Shown: positions 49,861 through 58,888, counted from the stretch's first letter. The stretch is DNA of 64,000 bases from an uncultured Actinomycetes bacterium (GCA_963761665.1 CAVXHM010000005.1:135773-199772), one strand, 5' to 3'. Made by a program: numbers and translations. Notes: a model not told the origin generated them from the sequence alone.

Positions 49861-50256
49861 ATGGCGCACACGATTCGAGTCGTCGTCGCGAAGCCGGGCC
49901 TGGACGGGCACGATCGCGGCGCGAAGATCATCGCCCGCGCGCTGCGCGACGCCGGCATGGAAGTGATCTACACCGGCCTGCACCAGACGCCGGAGCAGAT
50001 CGTGGAGACCGCCATCCAGGAGGACGCGGACGCGATCGGCATCTCCATCCTCTCCGGCGCGCACATGACGCTCGTGCCGCGCATCCTCGAGCTGCTGCGC
50101 GACAGCGGCGCCGAGGACGTGATCGTCGTGGTCGGCGGCACCATCCCGGCCGACGACGCCGACGAGCTGAAGCGGCTGGGCGTGGCCGGCGTGTTCGGCC
50201 CCGGAGCGACGACCGCCGAGATCGTCGACTTCGTCAAGGGCGCGGTTCCGGCTTGA
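49861..50256 (+). CDS. acyl-CoA mutase small subunit (cobalamin-binding domain)
   Basis: [71 protein letters not shown]...VVVGGTIP. The DxHxxG...SxL...GG B12-binding signature is present. Confidence 0.85.
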   Translation: MAHTIRVVVAKPGLDGHDRGAKIIARALRDAGMEVIYTGLHQTPEQIVETAIQEDADAIGISILSGAHMTLVPRILELLRDSGAEDVIVVVGGTIPADDADELKRLGVAGVFGPGATTAEIVDFVKGAVPA

Positions 50257-51005
50257 ACGTCGACGTCGCGCGCTCGGGCGCCGTCGCCGTCGTCACCATC
50301 GACCGCCCGGACGCGCTCAACGCCCTCGACGTTCCCACCCTGACGGAGCTCCGCGACCGGCTGGCCGAGCTCGCGTGGGACGGCACCGTGCGCGCGCTCG
50401 TACTCACCGGCGCGGGCGAGAAGGCCTTCGTAGCAGGAGCGGACATCAAGTACATGAGCGGGCTCGATGCCGACGGCGCGAAGGCGTGGGGCGCGCTCGG
50501 CCACGAGGCGGGGCTGCTGCTCGAGACGATGCCGAAGCCGACGATCGCCGCGATCAACGGCTTCGCGCTCGGCGGCGGCTGCGAGCTCGCGCTCGCCTGC
50601 GACCTGCGCTATGCGGCGAGCCGCGCGAAGCTGGGACAACCGGAGATCAATCTCGGCATCGTTCCCGGTTGGGGCGGCACGCAACGTCTGGCCCGCGTCT
50701 GCGGCATCGGCGTGGCGAAGGACCTGATCCTCTCCGGACGGACGGTGGACGCGGAAGAGGCGCTGCGCATCGGCCTCGTGAACGCCGTCGCCGATCCGGT
50801 GCTCGACCGCGCGCTGGAGACGGCGAACGCGCTGGCGGCGAAGAGCCCGGTTGCGCTGGCGCTGGCGAAGCGGCTGGTGAACCTCGCGCCCGCGGCGCTC
50901 GACGCCGAGGCGGATGCGTTCGGCGAGCTCTTCTCGAGCGACGACGCGAAGGAGGGGCTCACCGCCTTCGTGGAGAAGCGCGAGCCACGTTTTACCGGCC
51001 GATAA
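50253..51005 (+). CDS. enoyl-CoA hydratase (crotonase family)
   Basis: 250-aa ORF: ...[16 protein letters not shown]...[20 protein letters not shown]...[25 protein letters not shown]...[18 protein letters not shown]... Confidence 0.85.
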   Translation: MNVDVARSGAVAVVTIDRPDALNALDVPTLTELRDRLAELAWDGTVRALVLTGAGEKAFVAGADIKYMSGLDADGAKAWGALGHEAGLLLETMPKPTIAAINGFALGGGCELALACDLRYAASRAKLGQPEINLGIVPGWGGTQRLARVCGIGVAKDLILSGRTVDAEEALRIGLVNAVADPVLDRALETANALAAKSPVALALAKRLVNLAPAALDAEADAFGELFSSDDAKEGLTAFVEKREPRFTGR

Positions 51006-51045
51006 CAAAGGAGTCGCGCCGCCCACCGGGTATTCGGACCATCCG

Positions 51046-52143
51046 ATGCGCGTCCGGACCGTCGTCTTCCTCTGCGCGCTCGCGGCGGGCCTGGCCTTCG
51101 CCGGACCCGCACTCGCGCGCAATCCACAGGCAGCAGGGCTGCAGGTCGCACTGCGCGCGCAGGGTCTCTACCTCGGTCCGATCGACGCCATCGTCGGACC
51201 GCGCACCCGCGCTGCCGTCCGGTCCTTCCAGCGCACGCACGGGCTCCCGGTCACCGGCGTCGCGAACGCGCGCACGCGAATCGCGATGGGACCGCTCGGC
51301 CGGCATCTCTTCGGCACAAGGCAGCTCGGCCGCGGCTCGTTCGGCTGGGACGTCGCGGTCCTCCAGTTCCTGCTGATCCGCCACGGTCAGAACGTGCCGG
51401 TCAACGGCTACCTCGACGGTCCGACGCTGCGAGGGCTACGCCGCTTCCAGCGCTCGGCGCGACTGGCGACCGACGGGATCGGCGGCACCCGGACGTTCGC
51501 AGCGCTGCGCGGATCACGCGCGACGGTGAGAACGATCCGGACGGCGGCGCGCACCGCCCCGCGCACGCGCCTCTATGTCGTCAAGGCCGGCGACTCGCTG
51601 ACGACGATCGCGCGCGGCGCGGGCACGTCGCTCGCCGTGCTCGCGCGCCTCAACCACATCGACCCGGCCCGCGTGCTGTTGATCGGCAAGCACCTACGCG
51701 TTCCGGCTCGCGCCGCCGCCTCCGCGAAGCCCCAGGTCGTAGAGGCAAGTGCCGCCCCATCCTCCGTGCGCGCATCGCTGGACAAGTGGGCGGCGTACTA
51801 CGGCATCAACCCGAGCCTCGCGCACGCGCTCGCGTGGATGGAGTCCGGCTACAACAACAGCGTCGTCTCGTCGGTCGGCGCGCAGGGCGTGATGCAGCTG
51901 CTGCCGACGACGTGGGACTACGTGGAGACGGTGCTGGTCGGACGCGCGATCCCGCACGACGCCGACGGCAACGTCCACGCGGGGCTCGCCTATCTCCACC
52001 ATCTGCTCTCCGTCTTCCACGGCGACGAGCACCTGGCGCTGGCCGCCTGGTACCAGGGCGAGTACTCGGTGCGGCAGCAGGGCCCGCTGAAGGTGACGAC
52101 CACGTTCGTCTCGGACGTGCTCGCCCTGAAGCAGCGGATGTAG
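51046..52143 (+). CDS. secreted peptidoglycan-binding / LysM / lytic transglycosylase (SLT) protein
   Basis: Signal peptide MRVRTVVFLCALAAGLAFAGPALA. Two PG_binding_1-like repeats (LQVALRAQGLYLGPIDAIVGPRTRAAVRSFQRTHGLPVTG; VLQFLLIRHG...VNGYLDGPTLRGLRRFQ). LysM segment YVVKAGDSLTTIARGAGTSLAVLARLNHI. SLT segment ALAWMESGYNNSVVSSVGAQGVMQLLP. Confidence 0.8.
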   Translation: MRVRTVVFLCALAAGLAFAGPALARNPQAAGLQVALRAQGLYLGPIDAIVGPRTRAAVRSFQRTHGLPVTGVANARTRIAMGPLGRHLFGTRQLGRGSFGWDVAVLQFLLIRHGQNVPVNGYLDGPTLRGLRRFQRSARLATDGIGGTRTFAALRGSRATVRTIRTAARTAPRTRLYVVKAGDSLTTIARGAGTSLAVLARLNHIDPARVLLIGKHLRVPARAAASAKPQVVEASAAPSSVRASLDKWAAYYGINPSLAHALAWMESGYNNSVVSSVGAQGVMQLLPTTWDYVETVLVGRAIPHDADGNVHAGLAYLHHLLSVFHGDEHLALAAWYQGEYSVRQQGPLKVTTTFVSDVLALKQRM

Positions 52144-52148
52144 CTCCC

Positions 52149-52267
52149 GTCACGAATCCGCCAGGGTCTCGTGACGAAGTGTCTGGCACGAAACGGCCCC
52201 GAGGTGCCAGGCACACAGAACGGCTCTGTGGTGCCAGGCACCAAACGGCTCTCTGGTGCCAGGCACC
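52149..52267. repeat. tandem palindromic-unit array (GGTGCCAGGCACC family) upstream of etfB
   Basis: A hairpin GTCACGA...TCGTGAC (52149-52177) is followed by GTGTCTGGCAC (52179-52189). Three near-identical units GGTGCCAGGCAC(C) then start at 52203, 52230 and 52255, separated by (A)AACGGCTCT(C/G)T spacers. Confidence 0.8.
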
Positions 52268-52301
52268 GAGGGCAGGTGAATCACCGCAAGGGCGGCTTGA
52301 T

Positions 52302-52307
52302 TAGAGT
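52302..52307 (+). promoter_or_regulatory. candidate -10 box TAGAGT, 7 nt upstream of ATG 52315 (leaderless etfB)
   Basis: Sequence reads TAGAGT cacggcg ATG. Confidence 0.4.
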
Positions 52308-52314
52308 CACGGCG

Positions 52315-53085
52315 ATGAAGATCGCGGTCTGCGTGAAGCACGTCCCGGAGGGCTCGGCCCGGATCGATCCCGCGTCGAAGCGGCTCGACCGCTCCGGCGA
52401 GGGCGCGTTGAACAAGTTCGACGCGAACGCGGTGGAGGAGGCCCTGCGGTTGAAGGGCGACTCCGACACGGAAGTGGTGGTCGTGTCGATGGGTCCCGAG
52501 AAGGCGGCGGACTCGCTGCGCAAGGCGCTGGCGATGGGCGCGGACCGGGCGGTGCTGGTCAGCGACGACGCGGCGGCCGGCTCCGACCTGGTGGCGACGA
52601 GCCGGGTGCTGGCGAAGGCGCTGGAGCGCGAGGGCGCGGATCTCGTGCTGTTCGGCCAGCAGGCGGGCGACGGTGACGGCGCCGTGCTGTGGGCCGCCGT
52701 CGCGGAACGATTGCGCCGCCCGGTGGTGTCGCAGGCGGCGGGCCTGACGCTGCAGGACGGATCGCTGCGGGTGAAGCGGCAGACGGAGTTCGGCTACGAC
52801 GTGATCGAGTCGCCGTTGCCCGCGATCGTGGCGGTGAGCGACGCGATCAACGAGCCGCGCTATCCGTCGCTGAAGGGGATCATGGGCGCCAAGAAGAAGC
52901 CCCAAGAAATACTGTCACTCTCCGATCTGGGCGTGGACGCCTCCGACGTGGGCGAGGCGGGGTCGCGGACGGTGGTGCTGGCGCTGGCGGATCCGCCCGC
53001 GCGCGGCGGGTCGCGGAAGATCGAGGACGACGGCAACGCCGCGCAGGCGATCGTCGACTTCCTCAACGAGAAGAGGCTGCTGTGA
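52315..53085 (+). CDS. etfB: electron transfer flavoprotein beta subunit
   Basis: MKIAVCVKHVPEGSARIDPASKRLDRSGEGALNKFDANAVEEALRLKG...VVVVSMGPEKA...LRKALAMGADRAVLV...DLVLFGQQAGDGDGAVL...PRYPSLKGIMGAKKKP. Confidence 0.9.
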   Translation: MKIAVCVKHVPEGSARIDPASKRLDRSGEGALNKFDANAVEEALRLKGDSDTEVVVVSMGPEKAADSLRKALAMGADRAVLVSDDAAAGSDLVATSRVLAKALEREGADLVLFGQQAGDGDGAVLWAAVAERLRRPVVSQAAGLTLQDGSLRVKRQTEFGYDVIESPLPAIVAVSDAINEPRYPSLKGIMGAKKKPQEILSLSDLGVDASDVGEAGSRTVVLALADPPARGGSRKIEDDGNAAQAIVDFLNEKRLL

Positions 53086-54047
53086 AGACGCTCGTGTTCG
53101 TCGAGCACCACGGCGGCGAGCTGCAGAAGGGCTCGCTGGGCGTGCTGGCGAAGGCCGCGTCCCTCGGCGGCGACGTGGGCGCCGTGCTCGTCGGGGCGGG
53201 CGTGACCGCACTCGCGGCCGAGGCCGGCCGCTACGGCGCGACCACCGTGTACGTGGCCGAGGACGCCGCGCTCGATCCGCCGCTGCCGCAGGCGCGCGTG
53301 GACGTGCTCGCCTCGGTGGTGCGCGACGGCGGCTACGACACGGTGCTGTTCGCAAACTCGGTGCTGGCGGCGGACGTCGCCGCGGGGCTGGCGGCGCGGC
53401 TGGACGCCGGGCTGAACTGGGACCTGAGCGACGTGGTCGTCCAGGACGGCGCGCTCGTCGGCAAGCGGCCGGCGCTGCAGGATTCCGTGCTCGTCGATGT
53501 CGGCTGGACGTCGGAGCCGCGGCTGGCGCTGTTCCGCGCCGGCTCGTTCGACGCGGCCGAGGCCGGAACGGGCGACGCGCAGGTCGTCGCCACGGCGGTC
53601 GCACTCGAGGAGCACTCGCAGCTGGCCAGGATCGTCGACCAGGAGCACGAGGAGTCGTCCGGCCCGTCGATCGAGGACGCCGACGTGATCGTGGCCGGCG
53701 GCCGCGGACTCGGCGGCCCGGAGAACTTCACGCTGGCCGAGGAGCTGGCGCGCGCGCTCGGCGGCGCCGTCGGCGCCACCCGAGCCGTCGTCGACGCGGG
53801 CTGGTACCCGTACGCGTCCCAGATCGGCCAGACCGGCAAGACCGTCTCGCCCAAGCTCTACGTCGCGCTCGGCATCAGCGGCGCGATCCAGCACAAGGTC
53901 GGCATGCAGAGCTCGAACACGATCGTTGCGATCAACAAGGACGCGAACGCGCCCATCTTCGAGTTCAGCGACCTCGGCGTCGTCGGCGACCTCCACGAGA
54001 TCGTCCCGAAGCTGACCGAGCTCGTGAAGCAGCAACGAAGCGGATGA
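53082..54047 (+). CDS. etfA: electron transfer flavoprotein alpha subunit
   Basis: The GTG at 53082 overlaps the etfB stop (GTGA). Sequence: VKTLVFVEHHGGELQKGSLGVL...IVAGGRGLGGPENF...LGGAVGATRAVVDAGWYPYASQIGQTGKTVSPKLYVALGISGAIQHKVGMQSSNTIVAINKDANAPIF. Confidence 0.9.
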   Translation: MKTLVFVEHHGGELQKGSLGVLAKAASLGGDVGAVLVGAGVTALAAEAGRYGATTVYVAEDAALDPPLPQARVDVLASVVRDGGYDTVLFANSVLAADVAAGLAARLDAGLNWDLSDVVVQDGALVGKRPALQDSVLVDVGWTSEPRLALFRAGSFDAAEAGTGDAQVVATAVALEEHSQLARIVDQEHEESSGPSIEDADVIVAGGRGLGGPENFTLAEELARALGGAVGATRAVVDAGWYPYASQIGQTGKTVSPKLYVALGISGAIQHKVGMQSSNTIVAINKDANAPIFEFSDLGVVGDLHEIVPKLTELVKQQRSG

Positions 54048-55738
54048 CCGTGCGGGCCTCCGACTACCCGCCGCCGTTCAGCGCGAGCGAGTTCGTCGGC
54101 GAGCCGACCGACCCGGTGGACGAGCGGATCGAGGTCGGCGTCCTGATCGTCGGCGGCGGCCCTGCCGGGCTCGCCTGCGCGATCCGCCTCGGCCAGCTGC
54201 TCGAGGAGCATCCCGACGTGGCCGAGCGGCTCGGTGAGGTGCCGGTCGCGCTCGTGGAGAAGGGCAAGCAGCCCGGCTCGCACCTGCTCTCCGGCGCCGT
54301 CGTGAACCCGATCGGGCTGAAGCGGCTGTTCGGCGACCGCTACCGCCGCGAGGAGTATCCGTCGTACGGCGAGGTGCACGGCGAGGCCGTCTATGTGCTG
54401 TCGAAGCGCGGCGCCGCGCGGATCCCGCCGCCGCCGACGATGCGGAACCACGGCAACATGGTCTTCTCGCTCTCCCGTCTCGGCCGCTGGCTCGCCGAGC
54501 ATGCGGAGGAGGGCGGCGCGATGATCCTGCCCGAGACAGCCGCCGACAAGCTGCTCGTCTCGCACGGTCGAGTGACGGGCGTTCGAACAGGCGACAAGGG
54601 GCGCGACCGCGACGGCAAGGCCATGGGCAACTTCGAGCCGGGCGCCGATCTCGTCGCGAAGGTGACGGTGCTCGCCGAGGGGACGCAGGGCCATCTCACC
54701 GGCGTCGCCATCGACCGGTTCGGCCTCCACGGCGCGGAGCCGCAGGTGTGGGAGCTCGGCGTGAAGGAGGTGTGGAAGGTCCCGAAGCCGCTGCGCGACG
54801 TCGTCCACACGATGGGCTGGCCGCTGCGCAAGGGGGCGAAGTACCGCGAGTTCGGCGGCTCGTTCCTCTACCCGATGGGCGACGACATGCTCACGATCGG
54901 GATGGTCGTCGGGCTCGACTACCGCGACGTGGAGCTGTCGGCGCACGACCTGCTGCAGGAGCTGAAGACCCATCCGAAGATCCGCAAGCTGCTCGAGGGC
55001 GGCGAGCGCGTCGCCTGGGGCGCGAAGACGATTCCGAGCGGCGGCTTCCATGCGCTGCCGTCGCAGCTGCACGCGCCGGGGCTGCTGCTGTGCGGCGACG
55101 GCGTCGGCATGGTCAACATCCCGCGGCTGAAGGGCGTGCACTACGCGATCGAGTCGGGGCGGCTCGCGGCCGAGTCTGCGTTCGCCTCGCTGCAGCCCGG
55201 TGCGTCGCCCGGCTCGTCGCTCGGCTCCTACGACGAGGCGGTGAAGCAGAGCCTCATCTACAGCGATCTCCGCGAGGTGCGCGACATGCGCCAGGTGTTC
55301 GGGCGCGGCTTTGTCGTCGGCGGCGCGCTCGCGAGCGCGATGACCGTATCGAAAGGAAAGATCGCCGTCGGCAAGCTCGCGGCCGAGCCGGACGCGGAGG
55401 CGCCGCTGCTGCGCACGAACCGCGCGGCGAGCTATCCCGCTCCCGACGGCACGCTCACCTTCGACAAGCTCTCGTCCGTCTTCGCGTCGGGGAACAAGAC
55501 GCGCGACGACCAGCCGAATCACATCCGCGTGCAGGAGCGCGTGCCGCGCGACGTCGCGGAGCTGTGGGCGCACATGTGTCCGGCGCAGGTCTACGAGGTC
55601 GGCGAGGAGAACGAGGACGGAACCGTGACCGTTCGTCTGGCGCCGTCCAACTGCGTGCAGTGCGGCGCGATCACCGCCAAGGGCGGCCGGCTCACTCCGC
55701 CCGAGGGCGGCTCCGGCCCCGAGTACACGCTGACCTAG
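54044..55738 (+). CDS. electron-transfer flavoprotein:quinone oxidoreductase (ETF-QO/FixC-like, with C-terminal 4Fe-4S region)
   Basis: 564-aa ORF: ...VGVLIVGGGPAGLACAIRL (FAD GxGxxG)...GGSFLYPMGDDMLTIGMVVGLDY...GDGVGMVNIPRLKGVHYAIESG...CPAQVYEV...APSNCVQCGAITAKG. Its start overlaps the etfA stop. Confidence 0.85.
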   Translation: MTVRASDYPPPFSASEFVGEPTDPVDERIEVGVLIVGGGPAGLACAIRLGQLLEEHPDVAERLGEVPVALVEKGKQPGSHLLSGAVVNPIGLKRLFGDRYRREEYPSYGEVHGEAVYVLSKRGAARIPPPPTMRNHGNMVFSLSRLGRWLAEHAEEGGAMILPETAADKLLVSHGRVTGVRTGDKGRDRDGKAMGNFEPGADLVAKVTVLAEGTQGHLTGVAIDRFGLHGAEPQVWELGVKEVWKVPKPLRDVVHTMGWPLRKGAKYREFGGSFLYPMGDDMLTIGMVVGLDYRDVELSAHDLLQELKTHPKIRKLLEGGERVAWGAKTIPSGGFHALPSQLHAPGLLLCGDGVGMVNIPRLKGVHYAIESGRLAAESAFASLQPGASPGSSLGSYDEAVKQSLIYSDLREVRDMRQVFGRGFVVGGALASAMTVSKGKIAVGKLAAEPDAEAPLLRTNRAASYPAPDGTLTFDKLSSVFASGNKTRDDQPNHIRVQERVPRDVAELWAHMCPAQVYEVGEENEDGTVTVRLAPSNCVQCGAITAKGGRLTPPEGGSGPEYTLT

Positions 55739-56574
55739 CCGCTCGCGATTCCGCGCAGGACCGCGTCGAGCGTCGCGTCGTCCGCGCCGGCGTCGTCGAG
55801 CCGCGGCGAGCGCCGGAACAGCTCCGCCGCGGCGAGATGGAATCCGTCCGGAAGGCCGGCCGCCGCGAACGTGGCGGCGATCTCCTCCATCTCGGCGGTC
55901 CAGCGCCAGCCCTTTGCCGCCGCGGAGCGGGCGGCCTGGAGCGACATGCCGGGAAGGTGCGGCAGCGACTCGTTCCAGTCGGCCAGCAGCGCGTCCTCGA
56001 GCCCGGTCTCGCGCGCGAGCGCGCGCACGTCGAGCAGGAGAGCCGCGGCGCCCTTCGTCCAGGCGGCGAAGACCATCTTCATGGTGGAGGCGTCGCCGAT
56101 CCGGCCGGACAGCACCCGTGCGTCCACGATCGTCCCATGGAAGAGCTCCGCGACCGCCGGCGCATCTGCACCGGATAGATAGAGCCTCGTCGTTCCCGTC
56201 GCGACGGGCGGCGAGCCGATGATGCCGCCGTCCACGTACGTGCCGCCTCCGTCCACGATCGCCTCCCCGACCGTGCGCGACGTCGCCGCGGAGACGGCGT
56301 TCGCGTCGACGAACACGCCGCCGTAGCCGGCCACCTCGCGCGCGACGTCGAGCGCGGCGTGCGGCGGGCAGACGGAGAGGATCACGGCGGCGCGGCTGCA
56401 CAGCCCCGCCACACTCCCCGCGTCGTCGAGTCCGGCCGCCTCCGCGCGGCGTGCGGTCGCGGCGCTCCGTCCCTCCGACGCCCAGACCACGTCGTGGCCG
56501 GCGCCGCGCAGGGCCGCGCCGATCGCCGCGCCCATCTCGCCGGGATGCAGCAGTCCGATCGTCGTCTCCGCCAC
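55735..56574 (-). CDS. NAD(P)-binding dehydrogenase-like protein (6PGDH NAD-binding N-terminus plus DUF1932-like C-terminus)
   Basis: GTG 56574 is preceded by GGAGG with a 5-nt spacer. Sequence: VAETTIGLLHPGEMGAAIGAALRGAGHDVVW...VILSVCPP...FVDANAVS...DASTMKMVFAAWTKGAAALLL... Confidence 0.6.
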   Translation of the reverse strand: MAETTIGLLHPGEMGAAIGAALRGAGHDVVWASEGRSAATARRAEAAGLDDAGSVAGLCSRAAVILSVCPPHAALDVAREVAGYGGVFVDANAVSAATSRTVGEAIVDGGGTYVDGGIIGSPPVATGTTRLYLSGADAPAVAELFHGTIVDARVLSGRIGDASTMKMVFAAWTKGAAALLLDVRALARETGLEDALLADWNESLPHLPGMSLQAARSAAAKGWRWTAEMEEIAATFAAAGLPDGFHLAAAELFRRSPRLDDAGADDATLDAVLRGIASG

Positions 56575-56681
56575 CGTCGCCTCCGTTCGCAGGTTTACGT
56601 GTGTTTTACGCCGTCCGTACCGCTGCGTGACGGCGCCGCTCGAGAGTGAGCGCATCGATGTTCGAGAAAAGGGGTCATCCG

Positions 56682-57411
56682 ATGCGCAGCAGGATCGTTC
56701 TTCTCATCGCGGCGGTGGTTGCGCTGGTCGCCGCCGCAAGCGCCTTCGCCGACAACGGCCCTGGCAAGGCCCGCGGGATCCACTACGCCTTCGTCGGCCA
56801 GCTGACGGCCGCGCCCGCGAACGGCGCCGTTCCGATCACGGTCGAGGGCGGGAACCGCGTAGCCCTCCGCGCCATGCTCGGCCAGCCGGTGACGCAGACG
56901 TTCGCGTACGGCGCGACCACCGAGTTCCTCAAGTGGGCGCACGGCGTCCCGACGGTCGTCCAGCCGTCCGACCTCGCGGCCGGCGACTACGTTCGCGTGA
57001 ACGTCAACGCGCCCCGCGGCGCCGCGCTCGCGGCGATCGAGCAGGAGCGCCGCCGGAATCGTCGGCGACCACGGCACGCAGCTGTACAAGCCGACCCAGC
57101 CGCTCTATCTCTTCCGCGGGACGCTCACCTCGGTCGGCACGTCGAGCGTCGCAGTGCACGTCACGGGCGGAGACGCCAGGGCGATGCGCCTGCTGATCGG
57201 ACAGTCGGCCGACCAGACCTTCGCCTTCGGCGACCAGACCATCTTCCTGCTCTGGCAGGGGAAGGTGCCGACGGTGATCCAGGCGTCCCAGCTGACCGTC
57301 GGCGACCGGATCGTCGTCCGGGTCCGCGCCGAGAAGGGCTCGACGCTCGCGCAGGTCGAGTCGACGCCCGCCGTGCACATCGGCGACCGGGAGCCTGCAT
57401 CTCAACCGTGA
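56682..57411 (+). CDS. secreted protein with two internal ~100-aa repeats (DUF5666-like); frame disrupted near 57046
   Basis: Signal peptide MRSRIVLLIAAVVALVAAASAFA. Repeat 1: GIHYAFVGQLTAAPANGAVPITVEGGNRVALRAMLGQPVTQTFAYGATTEFLKWAHGVPTVVQPSDLAAGDYVRVNV. After a one-base hop, repeat 2: LYLFRGTLTSVGTSSVAVHVTGGDARAMRLLIGQSADQTFAFGDQTIFLLWQGKVPTVIQASQLTVGDRIVVRV (ORF 57154..57411). Confidence 0.55.
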
Positions 57412-57437
57412 CGGACGGGGCCCACCGCCACCGCGAC

Positions 57438-57457
57438 AGCCGCCCTTCGGGGCGGCT
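57438..57457 (+). terminator. candidate intrinsic terminator hairpin
   Basis: AGCCGCCC-TTCG-GGGCGGCT (8-bp GC stem with a UUCG tetraloop), 27 nt after the stop. The T-run (TTTT, 57466-57469) lies 8 nt downstream, so this is not a textbook tail. Confidence 0.45.
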
Positions 57458-57510
57458 TCGCGGCGTTTTACAGACCCCTTACGCAGCCCGGCCGAGAAGG
57501 GAACGATGAT

Positions 57511-58194
57511 ATGAGCATGACCCGTCGTCGCATTGCGCTCCTCGGTGTTGCTCTGGTTGCTGCATGCGCGACGGCGCCGGCGGCCTTTGGCCTGCCGCGC
57601 GCGATCATCAACCAGTTCACCGGCGCGCGCGTGATCCGCGCCGAGGTGATCGTCCTCGCGGCCGACGGCACGGCGCAGGACACGCGGATCGACCGCGGCG
57701 TGATCGTCCTCCTCACCCCGGCGACGGTGACGTTGCGCGAGTCGAACGGCAACATCGTCCCGGTGGCGATCGGCGCCGGGACGCAGGTGCAGGGCGCACG
57801 GGTCTCGACGCCCGGACAGCTGCGCCGTGGGATGCGCGTCGTCGTCTACCAGGTCACCGGCCAGCCGGCGCAGATCACCCAGGGCGACTCGATCAACCCG
57901 CAGTTCTTCGGGCCGCGGATGGTTCGCGCCGAGGTGCTGCTCCTCGGCGCCGGCGGCGCCGTGCAGGACTACCGGCTCGACCGCGGCGTCGTCGTGTCCG
58001 CCGTATCGGGCACTCTGACGGTACGTGAGTCCGACGGCACCACCGTTCCGCTTCCGGTCGATCCCGCCGCGCAGGTGCAGGGCGGCGGCCGCAAGGCCAC
58101 CGCGGCAACCCTGCGGAAGGGCACCCGCGTCGTCGTCTACCGGTCGGCCAACGCTCCTGCGGAGCTCGTGCAGGTCGAAGGCGTCGGTCCCTAG
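57511..58194 (+). CDS. secreted protein with two internal ~100-aa repeats (DUF5666-like paralogue)
   Basis: 227-aa ORF with signal MSMTRRRIALLGVALVAACATAPAAFG. Repeats: RVIRAEVIVLAADGTAQDTRIDRGVIVLLTPATVTLRESNGNIVPVAIGAGTQVQG...LRRGMRVVVYQ and RMVRAEVLLLGAGGAVQDYRLDRGVVVSAVSGTLTVRESDGTTVPLPVDPAAQVQG...LRKGTRVVVYR. Confidence 0.6.
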   Translation: MSMTRRRIALLGVALVAACATAPAAFGLPRAIINQFTGARVIRAEVIVLAADGTAQDTRIDRGVIVLLTPATVTLRESNGNIVPVAIGAGTQVQGARVSTPGQLRRGMRVVVYQVTGQPAQITQGDSINPQFFGPRMVRAEVLLLGAGGAVQDYRLDRGVVVSAVSGTLTVRESDGTTVPLPVDPAAQVQGGGRKATAATLRKGTRVVVYRSANAPAELVQVEGVGP

Positions 58195-58200
58195 GACCCC

Positions 58201-58888
58201 ATGAACGGGAATGTGACCGGGGGCGTCCTTCTTCTCGTCGAGGACGACGACTCGATCGGTCGTCTCGTCAAGCAGTACCTCGAGCAGCAGGACGGCTGGC
58301 GCGTGGTCTGGTTGCGGACGGGCGAGGAGGCGATGACCGAGCTGCGCCGTCATCCGGTGCGGCTGGTCGTGCTCGACATCGGTCTGCCCGGGATGGACGG
58401 ATTCGAGGTGTGCCGGCGCATGCGCGCCCACTCGAAGGTGCCGATCGTGATGCTGACCGCGCGTGACGAGGAGCCGGATCGCGTCGCCGGGCTCGAGATC
58501 GGCGCCGACGACTACGTGGCGAAGCCGTTCTCGCCGCGCGAGCTGGCGGCGCGGATCAAGGCGATCCTCCGCCGCACCGAGCAGCGCTCCGAGGACGAGG
58601 TGCTCGCCGCGCGCGACATCGTCCTCCGCCGCGACTCGCGCGACGTCACCGTCGTCGGGCTCGGAGATCGAGCTGACCGGCAAGGAGTTCGACCTGCTCG
58701 CCTGCTTCCTCGAGCACCCGGGCATCGTGCTCTCGCGCGAGCGGCTGCTCGACCTCGTCTGGGGGATGACCTACCCCGGCGGCACGCGCACCGTCGACGT
58801 GCACGTCGCGCAGCTTCGGCGGAAGCTCGGCGACCCGGAGACGATCCGCACCGTGCGCGGAGCCGGGTACAAGCTCCAGACGGCGTGA
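58201..58888 (+). CDS. OmpR/PhoB-family response regulator; frame disrupted near 58660
   Basis: MNGNVTGGVLLLVEDDDSIGRLVKQYLEQQDGWRVVWLRTGEEAMTELRRHPVRLVVLDIGLPGMDGFEVCRRMR...IVMLTARDEE...GADDYVAKPFSPRELAARIKAILRR...DVTVVG. After an extra g comes SEIELTGKEFDLLACFLEHPGIVLSRERLLDLVWGMTYPGGTRTVDVHVAQLRRKLG...VRGAGYKL (ORF 58463..58888). Confidence 0.85.

Noticed and set aside
52689-56401. Long alternative-frame ORFs over etfA and ETF-QO: 52860..54035 (minus), 52915..53604 (minus), 53858..56401 (minus) and 54748..56178 (plus).
   Set aside because: They are Arg/Pro-rich shadow ORFs. The etfB, etfA, ETF-QO and dehydrogenase-like genes account for the region with strong motifs and coupled start/stop overlaps.
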